This document shows, in pieces, positions 21,601 through 34,889 of a stretch of DNA of 64,000 bases. Both the position numbers and the translations under genes were made by a program. How positions within the stretch are numbered: position 1 is the first letter of the stretch; every line of letters begins with the position of its first letter. Source of the stretch: Meyerozyma guilliermondii (taxonomy: Eukaryota); the NCBI GenBank assembly GCA_051546255.1, contig CP128818.1, positions 124,001 to 188,000 of the forward strand. Reading direction: 5' to 3'. The notes under the pieces are model-generated. The model had not been told where the DNA came from, searched no databases, and worked only from the letters and a program-made list of their open reading frames with translations.

Positions 21601-22829
21601 GTATCAATATTCGCTTCGTGGTACGCCTTCTGAAGGAAGAGATGGATAAATCTTTAAGAATGGGGCTCCTCGAACGGTTCAAGCTCATTTCCTCGATTAG
21701 TTTGTCAAATATGGTGGCTTTCGATCCTCAAGGCAGAATCAAGAAGTACTCATCAGCTAACGAGATTTTGAAGGATTACTATTGGGCAAGGCTTGAGCTT
21801 TATCAGCGTCGGAAAGACATGATGGCTGAGAATTTCCAGAATCAGCTCACCAGATTGAGTGAACAGGCACGGTTCATTAAATTGATCATCGAGAAGAAGC
21901 TAACTATTGCTAACAAGAAACGTCTGGAAATGGTAGATGACTTGAAGAAGTTGAAATTTACCAGATTTAACAAGAATGGTAAACCGGTGCACGACGAGCC
22001 ATTGGTTGAAGCCGAGGAATTGGCGGAAGAGGAAGAAGAGGCTGCGGGAGATATCAGTCAATTGAATCTTGGTTTGGTGGCTCCAGAAGATGAGTCACAA
22101 TACAAGCCGGAAACAACGTACTCGCAGTATGATTACTTGCTTGGAATGGCTATTTGGTCGTTAACAAGAGAAAGATACGAGAAGCTTTTAAGACAACGAG
22201 ATGAGAAGCAGGAGGAATTGAATGAGTTGTTGAAAAAGTCTGCCAAAGATTTGTGGAACAGTGATCTCGATGACTTTCTTGTTGGATGGGAAGAGTTCTT
22301 GCGTGCAGACATCGAGGCTAGAAACAGTTTTGGGCCCACGGCGAAAACTTCGACTCGGAAAAGAGCTAGAAAGTCAACAAAGTCGGAACCGGCGCAGAAG
22401 AAGACAAAGAGTTCTACACCAAAAGCTTCCACTCCAACCATTAAAGCCGAGGCAACGCCTGCTCAACCTGTTGTCAAAGAAGAGACCAACAAGCAGCCAG
22501 ACCTTCTCAGCTTCTTTTCGAAAGAACCAAGCGTTGCCAAGACTGTTTCAGCCGCACCACCTAAGCGAAAGACCCCCAAGTCAAAACCCAAAAAGGAGAT
22601 TGTTTCTTTGTTCAGTGACAGCAGTGATGATGATATCACGCTGTTTTCCGTCGGAGATGCTAAGCCGACACCCAAGCCTTCGACCAATAACATCTTAGAC
22701 GAGCTAGAAGACCTCAAGTCGTCGACTTTCACTCCGAAGGTAGGTGCGGCTGGAAGACGTCGTCCCAAGTCGTATGCGTTAGCTGAGAGCGACGGAAACG
22801 AAAGTGATGAAGATTACATGCTGGAATAA
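18627..22829 (+). CDS. TOP2: DNA topoisomerase II
   Basis: EHILKRPDTYIGS, GGRNGYGAKLCN, TEGDSA, PLRGK, MTDQDQDGSHIKGL, AVRYI catalytic Tyr. Confidence 0.99.
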   Translation: MSSFESDSASDAESAFSDASLDFTPSSSVKSKGKVPLRDSTNTTAQPSAPATGDASDQYQKLSQLEHILKRPDTYIGSVEKTGVEMWSFDAATESMIYKEVHIVPGLYKIFDEILVNAADNKIRDPSMRNIKVNIDAENNTILVMNDGKGIPIEIHKKEKIYIPELIFGNLLTSSNYDDDEKKVTGGRNGYGAKLCNIFSTEFVLETADLNTSQVYKQTWTNNMANLTKPKITKLKSKKEYTKVTFKPDLSKFHMEMLDDDILSVLRRRVYDLCGTVKDCNIYLNDKKLSIRNFKSYVEMYVNAIRERSPDPVAPEGETRNYSTIVHEVFNDRWEVAFAVSDGSFNQVSFVNSIATTSGGTHVKYVSDQIITKLIDALTKKEKGKKKLNIKPQEVRNNMFVFINCLIENPAFTSQTKEQLTTRVAQFGGKPLEKIVISDQFIAKILKTSIADKIRTIVNANEDKEMLKADGSRKSRIKNQVKLVDANKAGTKEGYKCTLILTEGDSAMPLAVAGLTVVGRDYYGCFPLRGKLLNVREASIEQVSKNAEINSIKQIMGLQHKKRYTPENIKSLRYGHIMIMTDQDQDGSHIKGLIINFLETSFPGLLEIPGFLLEFITPIVKVTITGRGNHRVIPFYNMPEFEKWRETEGTTCKWKHKYFKGLGTSLESEGREYFAALDRHMKSFHALQDGDSQYIDMAFSKKKADERKDWLQAFRPGTHLDPQIREIPISEFINKELILFSMADNVRSIPSILDGFKPGQRKVLYGCFKRNLRSEIKVAQLVGYISEHTGYHHGEGSLAQTIVGLAQNFVGANNLNLLQPIGLFGSRAAGGKDFSAVRYIHTNITDLTRVIFNPLDDDLYTYVQDDAQTVEPEAYLPIIPMLLVNGAEGIGTGWSTNIPSFNPVDIVANIRRMMNGEEPVDMTPWFKGWEGDLERISPEKYKVLGKIEQVDDDTVEITEIPIKTWTNSVKEFLLAGLGNDKPWIKDMEEQHGINIRFVVRLLKEEMDKSLRMGLLERFKLISSISLSNMVAFDPQGRIKKYSSANEILKDYYWARLELYQRRKDMMAENFQNQLTRLSEQARFIKLIIEKKLTIANKKRLEMVDDLKKLKFTRFNKNGKPVHDEPLVEAEELAEEEEEAAGDISQLNLGLVAPEDESQYKPETTYSQYDYLLGMAIWSLTRERYEKLLRQRDEKQEELNELLKKSAKDLWNSDLDDFLVGWEEFLRADIEARNSFGPTAKTSTRKRARKSTKSEPAQKKTKSSTPKASTPTIKAEATPAQPVVKEETNKQPDLLSFFSKEPSVAKTVSAAPPKRKTPKSKPKKEIVSLFSDSSDDDITLFSVGDAKPTPKPSTNNILDELEDLKSSTFTPKVGAAGRRRPKSYALAESDGNESDEDYMLE

Positions 22830-22870
22830 TCCATAGCTAGTGTACTTGCTAATACAACCGGTAAAGCTAG

Positions 22871-22919
22871 CCAATTGCAGCGTTATTCACCACCGCCGTG
22901 GATCGGGTTAGTCACGTGA
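22871..22919. promoter_or_regulatory. CCAAT and TCACGTGA motifs upstream of RIB1
   Basis: CCAAT at 22871-22875; TCACGTGA at 22912-22919. Confidence 0.4.
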
Positions 22920-23192
22920 ACTGGCCGTTGGTCCTGCACGTCGCTTCATTATTCATATATTAGTGAGAGTCTTCCGATATCAGTCAGCAGACGTATCGGT
23001 TGATTTCAGGTCAAAAAGAGAAAAGGTGGTTTTACAAAAGCGAAATAGCTGATACATTTTTACTCACAGCAGCATCATATTTGTGGAACCTTTAAACTTG
23101 ACTTTTCATTTCAAGCAAGTTATTTTGAAATTCAAATCATTTGGAAATCAAAAAAGAACATCTAAGTTCTGAAAAATTGTACGAACAACGCT

Positions 23193-24191
23193 ATGGCATC
23201 GAAGGACATAGTACATCCGCAACCAGAGCGCCGGCACGGGTCGGAAACTCACGAATTTACCATGCCTCTCTTATCTCCTACATTGACACCATCCCATATT
23301 CCATCGCAAACGCCTCAAATTCCTCCGGAAGTGCCAGCAGAAGTCAGGGATCGCTTGCCCCTTCCTGAAACGTTGCCTGTGGTGAAATGCATGGCGAGAG
23401 CTCGTATACCGACCACTCAGGGGCCGGAGATATTTCTCCATTTGTACGAGAATAACGTTGACAATAAAGAGCATTTGGCTATTGTTTTTGGGGAAGACGT
23501 GCGTTCGAAAACGCTCTATCAGAAACGTCCCAATGAGACCCAGCAAGATAGAATGACTCGTGGTGCTTATGTGGGCAGATTGTTTCCTGGAAGAACCGAG
23601 GCAGACTATGACAGTGAGTCTAATTTGAGATTGAATTTCGATGAAAATGGCCAACTTATCAGAGATCCAAGTACCACCTGTAGTGGTGAGCCCATTTTGG
23701 CCCGTATTCATTCGGAATGTTATACGGGGGAAACCGCATGGAGTGCTCGTTGCGATTGTGGAGAACAATTCGATGAAGCTGGTCGGTTAATGGGTGAAGC
23801 TGGGCACGGGTGTATCGTGTACCTTCGTCAGGAAGGTCGTGGAATTGGACTTGGGGAAAAGTTGAAGGCTTATAATTTGCAAGACTTGGGAGCGGATACC
23901 GTCCAGGCCAATTTGATGTTACGACATCCTGCTGATGCGAGATCTTTTTCGCTCGCTACAGCCATACTCTTGGACTTGGGGCTCAACGAGATCAAGTTGT
24001 TGACCAACAATCCCGATAAAATTGCTGCAGTTGAGGGAAGAAACAGAGAGGTCAAGGTAGTGGAACGGGTGCCTATGGTGCCGTTGGCATGGAGAAGTGA
24101 GAATGGAATCAAGTCAAAAGAGATAGAGGGCTACTTGAGTGCTAAGATTGAAAGGATGGGGCACTTGCTTGAAAAGCCACTCAAGATATGA
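23193..24191 (+). CDS. RIB1: GTP cyclohydrolase II (riboflavin biosynthesis)
   Basis: [38 protein letters not shown]. Confidence 0.98.
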   Translation: MASKDIVHPQPERRHGSETHEFTMPLLSPTLTPSHIPSQTPQIPPEVPAEVRDRLPLPETLPVVKCMARARIPTTQGPEIFLHLYENNVDNKEHLAIVFGEDVRSKTLYQKRPNETQQDRMTRGAYVGRLFPGRTEADYDSESNLRLNFDENGQLIRDPSTTCSGEPILARIHSECYTGETAWSARCDCGEQFDEAGRLMGEAGHGCIVYLRQEGRGIGLGEKLKAYNLQDLGADTVQANLMLRHPADARSFSLATAILLDLGLNEIKLLTNNPDKIAAVEGRNREVKVVERVPMVPLAWRSENGIKSKEIEGYLSAKIERMGHLLEKPLKI

Positions 24192-24728
24192 TAGAAGAGA
24201 TGAAGTTAAGGACTTAAGAAATAAATGATGAATTAAATGACGCAAATGTCACTACTCGATTAGAGAAATAGCTATAATGAAGAATTTTGCATTTCGCAAA
24301 ATTTAAGATAAATGCAAAAACTGCAAATTACGAAATATGCATATGATACAAGACAAGAAAAGACTACCAAAAGTCTCTCGAGAAGAATACTGGGTAACCT
24401 TCATCTCTTGATTATGCACTGGGGCTATTCATATGCAGATTCGCACGCCGAGGTGCAGCGTTTAGGCGCGGCTCAACGGAAGCCAACGGCCGCCACAAAT
24501 TGTCCGGAAAGTCGCCGAAACTGATCCACTGGTACCACAGCCCCATAAGAACCCCCTTTAATATTAAAAACCGTTCTTCAGCCACTTTTGATCACATTGT
24601 TTGCAGCCGCCCGTTGCTGCCATCCAAACACCACGCGTCCCCCGCACCCTTTTACGGTGCCCACTGCATTGGAATTTGCATAAAACAGCCTCACGAAGTG
24701 GATTAATTTTTAGAGCACTCAAGTCATC

Positions 24729-27302
24729 ATGCTGCAATCTCTGCATCATGAAATGACTCCCGTTGATACAGGGAACTCAGACCGCAAGCGGCGAAGAGTC
24801 ACAAGAGCGTGTGATGTGTGTCGACGCAAAAAAGTGAAATGTGATGGAAAACAACCATGTATTCATTGTACGGTGTATTCGTATAAATGTTCTTATGACG
24901 ATCCTAACATAAGAAACACCAAAAACCCGGGCCTTCCTGCGCTGCTGGACCATAGTCCTGACTTTATCAACCTCCATCGTAACCAAGGTAATGATTTTGG
25001 TGGTGGTGGTTATTCAGTAATGCTGGGTCATGATAGACATCCAATCAATGGTGAAGGATACCAGGCTCCTCACAAATCAACCGAGGGTGATGCCCAAAAA
25101 GCACTCCAGATCCTTTTCCCGCGTCTTAACCTTCAACAGCGAAATGTTGATGTTTACAAGTTGAATAAAATCGTCCAATATCTCAAGTCGAAAAACCCGT
25201 CCTATATCAATATTAACGAGATATCCGACTTGTACCTCGATGGACCCACCCCCACAACGTCGCCAGCAACCACTTTCGACCCTCCATCAGTCAGCTCCAA
25301 CGATGGAAACCCGGTGGGTCGGGAAATACGAATTGTTCTTCCTCCAAAGGATGTAGCGTTGCAGCTCATTTACACCACTTGGAACAAGGCTTGTGTACTT
25401 TTCCGGTTCTACCACCGTCCGTCGTTGCTAGAAGAAGTGGAGTTTCTCTACTCAATGGACCCGGTCAATTACACCGATAGACAGCAGAAATTTCTTCCAT
25501 TTCTCTACCTGATACTTGCTTGTGGACTGTTGTTTTCCCGACTGAATTCTCTCAGCAAGGACAACGACTCGCTCGAAGACGATGGTTTCAACTACTTTCT
25601 CGAGGCTCGCAAACTCATCGACATCACCAACGTGGGAGACATTTCCCTGATCCAAACCATCGTCATGATGATCATGTACCTCCAGTGTCTGGCTCGTCTT
25701 TCCACCTGCTACCTCTACATTGGAATTGCCATGAGAAGTGCATTGAAGGAAGGCCTTCATAGAAACTTGCTGATTTTCCAGAGCTCGAAACGACGGTTGG
25801 ACCCCATTGAAATCGATACAAGAAAACGACTTTTTTTCACCATCTACAAAATGGACATCTACATTAACTCGCTTCTAGGACTCCCCCGATCTGTCAATGA
25901 AGACGAGTTTGACCAAGAATTTCCAGAAGAACTCGACGACGAAAATGTAACCCGCGATTCTCTCAACTATGAACAGCAAAATGGCAGACTTTCGTCATCT
26001 GCCTGTGCCAATCACCACACAAAGTTAATGATGGTAATGTCTCACGTTGTAAAAGAACTTTATCCCATAAAGGTGAAGAACACTCCTAATAAGCCAGATG
26101 GGTTGGGAGTGCACGAGAGAGTGACGAAACTTGAAATCGAGCTCAAGACATGGCTCGATAATCTTCCACCAGAATTGCAACCCACCGACCCTAGTGATAT
26201 AAATTCGGGCAACGATATCCCCGAGAAATTTGTGCTTGCCAACTTTTATCTTCATCTTGCATTTTTGAACTGTCTGATAATGCTTTACAGACCCTTCATT
26301 CACTATATCAGCAACGAGCAAACAGCTACATCTGATCCCAAGTCTCTCATTCGAGGTAGAAACTGCATCAAGGTAGCGAGAATGGTGGTAAAGCTAGCCA
26401 ACAAAATGATCGATAAAGACCTCTTGGTGGGGACTTATTGGTTTTCCATGTACACCATTTTCTTCTCCATTGCATGCCTTATTTATTACTATCATTTTGC
26501 CAACTATAATAATCAAGCAAAGAGTGGAGCCAACTACGCAGGCGTTCTTTTTGATGATGACTTGGACGTTGATAAGATCAAAAGAGATATTGAGATAGGA
26601 AAGCGAGTATTGGACTGCTTGAAGAACAATTCAAATGCATCCATGAGAATTTACAAGATTCTCAACAATCTTTTCGAGCAGTTGAATAGACACACCGCTG
26701 CGTCCAAAGTTCCAAAAGACCAACTTCTTGAAGGTGCTCCCGGCGGTCTTTACATAGGAAGCACCGCATCGGAACCTACAGCACAGGCAGTTCTTAGAAA
26801 GAGCGGACCATCGGCCTTGAAACAAGAAACCAGTCCTCTTTCAGATTTTCAACAAGCAGCTGAGGAACTCCATCCTCCAGGCATGAGTTTTGGATCTTCA
26901 CACGAGAGGAAGCAGGTGGCCAACGAGGTTGCAAATCGGGCACATATGAAGTCGATAAACAGTATATTGCAAGATGGACTCGGTGAAAATGCTGCAAAGG
27001 TTCAATTTGACCCAGTCGGAGGATTCGAACCTCCTTCAAAAGTTGAGACCGAGGAGGCTCTCGACGGAAATGCTGGCTATAAACCAGGAGTCTTTGACCA
27101 ACTTGATGCCCAGATTTTCGGCCGTATTCTTCCTCCATATATGCTCGAGCAAAATGCTCGTCTGAGTCAGCAACAAACAAACAACCTAGGTGACTTCAGC
27201 AGCACAGATATACCTGAGGACTTTTCGTTCTTTGGTGATGGCGCACCGTTGGACTATTTGGACCCGTTCAACCCTGCTACCGACGACTCGAAATCCACCT
27301 AG
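24729..27302 (+). CDS. ASG1: Zn(II)2Cys6 transcription factor with fungal-specific TF domain
   Basis: RRRVTRACDVCRRKKVKCDGKQPCIHCTVYSYKC nearly identical to recalled Asg1 cluster; GLHR middle-homology motif. Confidence 0.82.
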   Translation: MLQSLHHEMTPVDTGNSDRKRRRVTRACDVCRRKKVKCDGKQPCIHCTVYSYKCSYDDPNIRNTKNPGLPALLDHSPDFINLHRNQGNDFGGGGYSVMLGHDRHPINGEGYQAPHKSTEGDAQKALQILFPRLNLQQRNVDVYKLNKIVQYLKSKNPSYININEISDLYLDGPTPTTSPATTFDPPSVSSNDGNPVGREIRIVLPPKDVALQLIYTTWNKACVLFRFYHRPSLLEEVEFLYSMDPVNYTDRQQKFLPFLYLILACGLLFSRLNSLSKDNDSLEDDGFNYFLEARKLIDITNVGDISLIQTIVMMIMYLQCLARLSTCYLYIGIAMRSALKEGLHRNLLIFQSSKRRLDPIEIDTRKRLFFTIYKMDIYINSLLGLPRSVNEDEFDQEFPEELDDENVTRDSLNYEQQNGRLSSSACANHHTKLMMVMSHVVKELYPIKVKNTPNKPDGLGVHERVTKLEIELKTWLDNLPPELQPTDPSDINSGNDIPEKFVLANFYLHLAFLNCLIMLYRPFIHYISNEQTATSDPKSLIRGRNCIKVARMVVKLANKMIDKDLLVGTYWFSMYTIFFSIACLIYYYHFANYNNQAKSGANYAGVLFDDDLDVDKIKRDIEIGKRVLDCLKNNSNASMRIYKILNNLFEQLNRHTAASKVPKDQLLEGAPGGLYIGSTASEPTAQAVLRKSGPSALKQETSPLSDFQQAAEELHPPGMSFGSSHERKQVANEVANRAHMKSINSILQDGLGENAAKVQFDPVGGFEPPSKVETEEALDGNAGYKPGVFDQLDAQIFGRILPPYMLEQNARLSQQQTNNLGDFSSTDIPEDFSFFGDGAPLDYLDPFNPATDDSKST

Positions 27303-27379
27303 CCTAGTGTGGGTGTAACGGATGTACGTAATTATCACGAAATAATCAATGCTCATCTCTCTACAAACCTGCGATATAA

Positions 27380-28138
27380 ATGAACATAAGTGACCGTAGG
27401 CGGCTCTTGGGCCCATCAGAAGCGAGATTTCCATCGGTGGGTGTCTCGTCATCACTCGAGCGGGAAATGAAGTCACCAGATGAAGAAACCGCCAAAAGTT
27501 CCATGTTTTTAAAAACTGGCCTTGTAGATACTGCCAGTGGGTCCGCTTACGTTGAAGCTGATGATTGCATTGTCCAGGTCTCGGTGTACGGACCTCGTCC
27601 CATTCGAGGATCTTTCATAGAAAAAGCATCGTTTTCTGTTGAGTGCAAATTTCTTCCGTATGTAACCAAGGTAGCAGCTGAGCACCAAAACACAAATCCT
27701 AATGGGAAACCAGGCATGAACAGTATAGAACAACGGATCTCCACTTATGTGGAAACAGCATTGCTCCCTTGCTTACTTTTGGAAAATTATCCAAAATCAA
27801 CCATCGACATTTACGTTACTGTCATAGCCAACAAATCAGCATCACTTCTCGAATTGACCAATTGGATAGTCAATTGCTCGTCACTAGCTTTGGTGGACTC
27901 TGCTATTGAGATAAAGGACATAGTGACAGGAGGAGTAGCTACAATTGAGGATGAAAACGATAGCAAAAATTCCCAATGTTTGGCATCGTTTATGAATTTG
28001 AGAAATAACGAAATCGTAGGATTTTGGATTGATGGAGGCCAAGAATTGAACGAAAAAGTTTTGACCAAAACACTTGAGACTTGTCAAGAGCGGGCACAAG
28101 TGGTAAGAAGGAACTTTAATGGGTTCTTGACTACATAA
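27380..28138 (+). CDS. MTR3: Exosome RNase PH-like subunit
   Basis: MNISDRRRLLGP N-terminus, GSAYVE, VYGPRPIRGSF, YPKSTIDI; convergent with CHO2 as in S. cerevisiae. Confidence 0.92.
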   Translation: MNISDRRRLLGPSEARFPSVGVSSSLEREMKSPDEETAKSSMFLKTGLVDTASGSAYVEADDCIVQVSVYGPRPIRGSFIEKASFSVECKFLPYVTKVAAEHQNTNPNGKPGMNSIEQRISTYVETALLPCLLLENYPKSTIDIYVTVIANKSASLLELTNWIVNCSSLALVDSAIEIKDIVTGGVATIEDENDSKNSQCLASFMNLRNNEIVGFWIDGGQELNEKVLTKTLETCQERAQVVRRNFNGFLTT

Positions 28139-28182
28139 AGTGGGCATATCATTTTCTTGCTATGTACTACTTGCCTTTTGCA

Positions 28183-30810
28183 CTACTGCCTCTTTTTCTC
28201 GTCTATTGCAGCCGGTGACAAATCTTCTAACACCTTCTTGATGTTGATTAGCTTCTTGCTCAATTGGTGGACTGAAAGTTCATGTTCAGTCCCAGCATTG
28301 AAGAGAAAGTTGGAGCTTATAGTGATGCCGGTGCTGGTAGATATCAACTTTGCCAAACGTCTATAAGTCTCCAAAAGATGGTGAGACTTTTCCACAGTAT
28401 CACAAATAGGGCTCTCAATGGAGGGGATTTTTATGTCGGTCACAGGGTCAAAGACCAGAAGTTTGAGCTGTTCAGCAAACTCCTTGCTTGCCAGTAAGGT
28501 GTCGGGGACTTCAATCTTTGGTGCTTTGATCTCAAATGGCTCAGAAATGTAAGCTACCTCATGCTTACCGTCAAGATGGAATCTGAACTCATAGATACCT
28601 TCTTCCCAGAAGAGTTTGGAGCCAGTGAAAACGTACGAACCACGAGTGGATTCGACCCATGTCCATCTTCCTGATGAAGAAATGAGAGTTTTCGACCGCG
28701 AGTACGTAGTTTGCACCACCTTGTATAGACCAATCCAATCTTTATCAGAGTGATTTTCAGGACATTTCCATGTAATCTCAATAGGAGTTCCAATAGTGGT
28801 ATACTTGGGCATTCTATCATCCAGTTTTTGTAAGTTGTCGATGGTGATCTGGTAGTCTGAGTTATCGAAGTACAAGTTTTGCGACAATTCCAACAAGTTT
28901 TGTCTGCTGAGTTTAGCGTTCGATTGTCTCAATTCTTTGATAAAGCTTTCAAGGGTGTCGGTAATTCCAGTGACCAAGTGAGAAGTACTGCGGTGACGAC
29001 CAAAATTGGGTGCTTCATCATTTGAACTCAATCTACGCAGAATAACATCGGGAATAAGCTGCTTTTTGAAGGTTTTGGTAACACCAGAGTCTTGGAAAAC
29101 TTCCTTTTCTCCATAAACTTTGATCATATGAACCTTTTCAACAAAGTTAATCCGGAAAAAGTTATTGGAGACCCAAAGCAAGCAACACACAAAATTCTCT
29201 AACGATGGAGCAATGAGAGTTAAGCCCATAACTCCACACACACCGAAAAGTTGTTCGGGATTGTTCAAGTAGCGATAAACTCCAGCTTTAGTCAAATGAG
29301 ATCTTTGAGGAGAGGTGGGAAGGAAAAAGTCTCCATAGAACCATCCAAAATATCCAATCAGGTCAATAATGGAAGAATTGATCCATACCTGGGTCAAGAT
29401 GAGAAGTGCTCCAAGGAACAGTCTCAAGTAAACCCAGTCGTAGAAATAGAATTTGGAGTATTCCATACCTGTAATATAGTGAAAAAAGTTCAATCCCACA
29501 AATGAAGCATAAGTCCACGAGATGAGTCCATTATAGATAATTGCCCAATTGCTCAATGACTTTTCTATAGGAATATCATTTGCAAGGTAGCGTTTAGTGA
29601 AAAGCTTGTAGTAACTTTGAAGAACCAAAAAGATGTTAATAGAAAGAGATTCGAATACTTTTATGGCCACGGTCAATGCAAACATGCAATGAGCAATGTT
29701 GATTTTTGCTCCTCTAAATTGGGCCGTACCAACAATCAGCGATGCAAAGGCAGGAATGATAACACTGTAGGTAGTGACCATGATAAGCGTAAGCAAGTCA
29801 GCTGCTCTCAACCAACTGAAATTATACAAACCAACCAATGGCTTCAAGTTGTCAAAGTTTTTCAAGTCTTTAATTTTGGTGATTTTCTGGTAATCAGCTT
29901 CGTTGCCTGAGGGTCCATAAAGCTTATCAATATGGGGATTTTCGATGTAGTGCAAAAAGATCATTTGAAGAAAATGGCCAAAGACAGCAACAACCAACAC
30001 CCGATAAGATTTGGCTATCAAGGCAAACCCATAATATCCAGCGTAACCAACCGAGTACATCGGATGTGGAAACATTTCGAAGACACCGTCAAAGATCAAG
30101 TCTTCGTTGTTAATTTGGCGAAAGAAGAAATCTCCCCAGTACCAAGCGTAGTCTTTAATGATGTTGTGAGCATCAACTTTCACCCAGAGATTAAACAAAA
30201 TGAGTCCAGCACCAACTATAAGACGAGAGTACACGATCCAGGGCTCCTGTTGCGAGGTATTGAGAAACTGGAGGTCATTATCCATGGCACAAGTGACGAC
30301 TACTCCGATAAACGTAGTGAAGTCCAGCATAAGAATCAAGTCCACGACTTTCCGGAACACCAACCAAGTGTTAAAGTCCACAGGGTACTTGGAGATTTTG
30401 TACTTGGGGCCCATTTGAGCGGAAATTTCAGACTTGATTAACCGGGACGCAATTGAGTGATTCTTCTCATCAAAGATGTTGAGCTTGTTAGCCCAATTGA
30501 CAAGTTTATGATAGTTGGACTGCTGGTGAAGAAGATAGCCTATTCCAAAATTGTAGGAAAGTCTCCAGAAAAGATAAAGACCAATAAAGATTTCAATTCG
30601 AGTCGAATTGGTCTTTACAAGCCAGAAAACAAGTCCATTAGAAGCTAAAAGAGCAAGAATAACCAACTCAAAATAGGACTTCCTGACAGTGGGGTCAAAA
30701 AGTGTCTTGACCATATCATGGGTCTCAGGAACCGTAAAGGTGTTGCCCGAAAAAGTGATGCCTTTGGGACCCATATTCGTCTTTGATTGTTGCTGGAGAG
30801 CAACAGCCAT
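28183..30810 (-). CDS. CHO2: Phosphatidylethanolamine N-methyltransferase
   Basis: Two PEMT repeats ([10 protein letters not shown]...[17 protein letters not shown]...YRYLNNPE). Confidence 0.96.
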   Translation of the reverse strand: MAVALQQQSKTNMGPKGITFSGNTFTVPETHDMVKTLFDPTVRKSYFELVILALLASNGLVFWLVKTNSTRIEIFIGLYLFWRLSYNFGIGYLLHQQSNYHKLVNWANKLNIFDEKNHSIASRLIKSEISAQMGPKYKISKYPVDFNTWLVFRKVVDLILMLDFTTFIGVVVTCAMDNDLQFLNTSQQEPWIVYSRLIVGAGLILFNLWVKVDAHNIIKDYAWYWGDFFFRQINNEDLIFDGVFEMFPHPMYSVGYAGYYGFALIAKSYRVLVVAVFGHFLQMIFLHYIENPHIDKLYGPSGNEADYQKITKIKDLKNFDNLKPLVGLYNFSWLRAADLLTLIMVTTYSVIIPAFASLIVGTAQFRGAKINIAHCMFALTVAIKVFESLSINIFLVLQSYYKLFTKRYLANDIPIEKSLSNWAIIYNGLISWTYASFVGLNFFHYITGMEYSKFYFYDWVYLRLFLGALLILTQVWINSSIIDLIGYFGWFYGDFFLPTSPQRSHLTKAGVYRYLNNPEQLFGVCGVMGLTLIAPSLENFVCCLLWVSNNFFRINFVEKVHMIKVYGEKEVFQDSGVTKTFKKQLIPDVILRRLSSNDEAPNFGRHRSTSHLVTGITDTLESFIKELRQSNAKLSRQNLLELSQNLYFDNSDYQITIDNLQKLDDRMPKYTTIGTPIEITWKCPENHSDKDWIGLYKVVQTTYSRSKTLISSSGRWTWVESTRGSYVFTGSKLFWEEGIYEFRFHLDGKHEVAYISEPFEIKAPKIEVPDTLLASKEFAEQLKLLVFDPVTDIKIPSIESPICDTVEKSHHLLETYRRLAKLISTSTGITISSNFLFNAGTEHELSVHQLSKKLINIKKVLEDLSPAAIDEKKRQ

Positions 30811-31358
30811 AGTAGGATGGTTGGGTGTGGATCAGGAATTCACACAACGGTTCGATTGGAGCAACAAGAAAAATCAGCAAATGTGAAAAACCGATGTGCA
30901 ATTGTAGATCAGAAAATGCACAAGTGGCTAAATTTTGCAGAAATCAGGTCTTTTATCAGTACCAATTTGCAAGGGGTCAATTGGTCGTAGCGAGTGTTGT
31001 TGCGTACGAACTGAGTGTTTCTATCGAGGCAAAGCCTTTGGACAATTTTTAGAAAAGCTAGCACTCAAATTGAACCAATTGTGACGAAAAATCGGTGAAA
31101 AATTTAATATCTGGATCCCAACCTTTGGGCCGGGTGCATGGATCTGATTGATAATGCACAATGCACAGATACGAGGATTAGGAGGTGACCGGAAATAGGT
31201 CCCAAAATGTGGAAAATGTTTGGGGCTAAAATAGATGATTGCAATTCGCCAAACGCGACACGTACTAAATAACGCTATAAAAATACTACGAATCAATGGC
31301 TGCTGAATTTTTGCAGCTATTTGTAGGTGGCAGATTGGAAATGTCGAGCACGAATTTG

Positions 31359-31368
31359 CATGTGAAAA
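31359..31368. promoter_or_regulatory. ICRE/UAS-INO (Ino2/Ino4) element upstream of CHO2
   Basis: CATGTGAAAA matches consensus CAYRTGAARW, about 550 bp upstream of CHO2. Confidence 0.55.
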
Positions 31369-31641
31369 TGGCCAAGTTGCCCCACAGACCCGTACACCAG
31401 GTATACCGAAAAAATAAAAAATAGAAGACAAAAATAAAATTGAGGCTATAACGATAATAAATGAAAATGGTAAAAGAAAAAGACAGAAAGAAATTCAGCG
31501 GTAAAAACGACCAATGAAAACCCAAAAGAAAAAAGTACAATTAACTCTATATTCCTCCAAAAGTTCATTTTACTCTACTATGAATATTTCACAATTTTCA
31601 ATTCTATTAATTTTCCATTTAACATTTTCTATACATTTTCT

Positions 31642-31997
31642 CTAAAATCTGCGGTTTCCCATAGGCGCGCCGTTGGATCCCGACTGGAATCCACCTCTGC
31701 CTCTGCCACGACCACCCCTTCCACGGCCTCCCCAGCCACCTCTTCCTCCACCACGTCCGTATCTGATATGACTTCCGAAACTTCTCCTGTCGTAACGCAA
31801 CAATTCTGGTGGAACAGTTTGGTTGGCTTCTCTCATAATCTTGCACAAGTCACCTCCCAACTTAGAGTTGGCCTCTGTGAACAAAGACACAGCAGTACCC
31901 GTAGTACCTGCTCTTCCAGTTCTTCCAATTCTATGAACATAATCCTCGATGTTACCAGGCATGTCATAGTTAATAACGTAGGAGATACCCTTGACGT
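31642..31997 (-). CDS. DBP2: DEAD-box helicase Dbp2, exon 2
   Basis: After TACTAAC-TA-CAG acceptor: (D)[30 protein letters not shown] and RGG tail. Confidence 0.95.
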
Positions 31998-33985
<1,988 letters not shown>

Positions 33986-34085
33986 ATGCTTATATGCACC
34001 ACGCAACCAAACGACAATTCACCATGCCCATTCTACACTAATTTTCTCTTGCTATATTCAATTCCAACCTTTTCGTCATGTCACA

Positions 34086-34457
34086 TTATGGCTCTTCCGC
34101 CAGGTAGCCTCCAGCCAGGATTTTCTCACTAAATTTGGTTTCAATAACCGTGCAAAGTTCCGACAAGTTGTCCAAACCTTGATGCAAAGCTTCCACCGAC
34201 GATATATTGCCATATGTTTGAATACGGATGTTCATCTTGTTCTCCGATGGATGTGGAATCGAATAACCGCAAAACTCAACTTCGGGATTTTTCATGATTA
34301 CGTATCGAAGGGTGTTACCCAAAGTATGGTCTTCATCTATAATCTGGAATGTGGCAGCAGTACCATCTTCAGATGATCCAGGCAAGAGTTTTATCTTGTC
34401 TGCGTCAAATTCTTGCTCGGATACCTCGTCCATGGCATTGGGGTCTACTTCTGACAT
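34086..34457 (-). CDS. RPC19: RNA polymerase I/III subunit AC19
   Basis: EDHTLGNTLRYVIMKNPEVEFCGYSIPHPSE; adjacent to DBP2 as in S. cerevisiae. Confidence 0.96.
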   Translation of the reverse strand: MSEVDPNAMDEVSEQEFDADKIKLLPGSSEDGTAATFQIIDEDHTLGNTLRYVIMKNPEVEFCGYSIPHPSENKMNIRIQTYGNISSVEALHQGLDNLSELCTVIETKFSEKILAGGYLAEEP

Positions 34458-34889
34458 TGGTAAAGAAAAGATGAGAAGAAAATGTCATCGCGGCCTGCAG
34501 GATGGCTGCGAAAGAGGGAAGAGGAATGAATATAGAACAGAAATATAACTGTTTTATGTCCAAGGCGAAACATGAAAAGCACTGCTATTAGATATATTAG
34601 AGACTTCATCATAGAGTCGTCGTTTTTGCAAATTGGTTTCGAATCTTTCTTTTGGCTTATACTCTCTTCTTTGTTCCAATTTGTATTTGTGTGCATTGAT
34701 TTTTTGATTTTTTCACTCATTTGTACTCAATTCGCACAACAACACTCAAATCACAAACAGAAAAACAAACAACCAACTTGACAATTGAATAACTAACCCA
34801 TATTCCTCTCCACTTGTCCCCGGTACCATTTCCACTTACATAAGCAGAAACGCCAAAATCAAATCTACTCACTAACCAAAACATCAACA

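Noticed and set aside
31391..31408. GTACACCAG resembling a telomerase RNA template
   Set aside because: Imperfect, covers only about one repeat, and no other TER features are visible.
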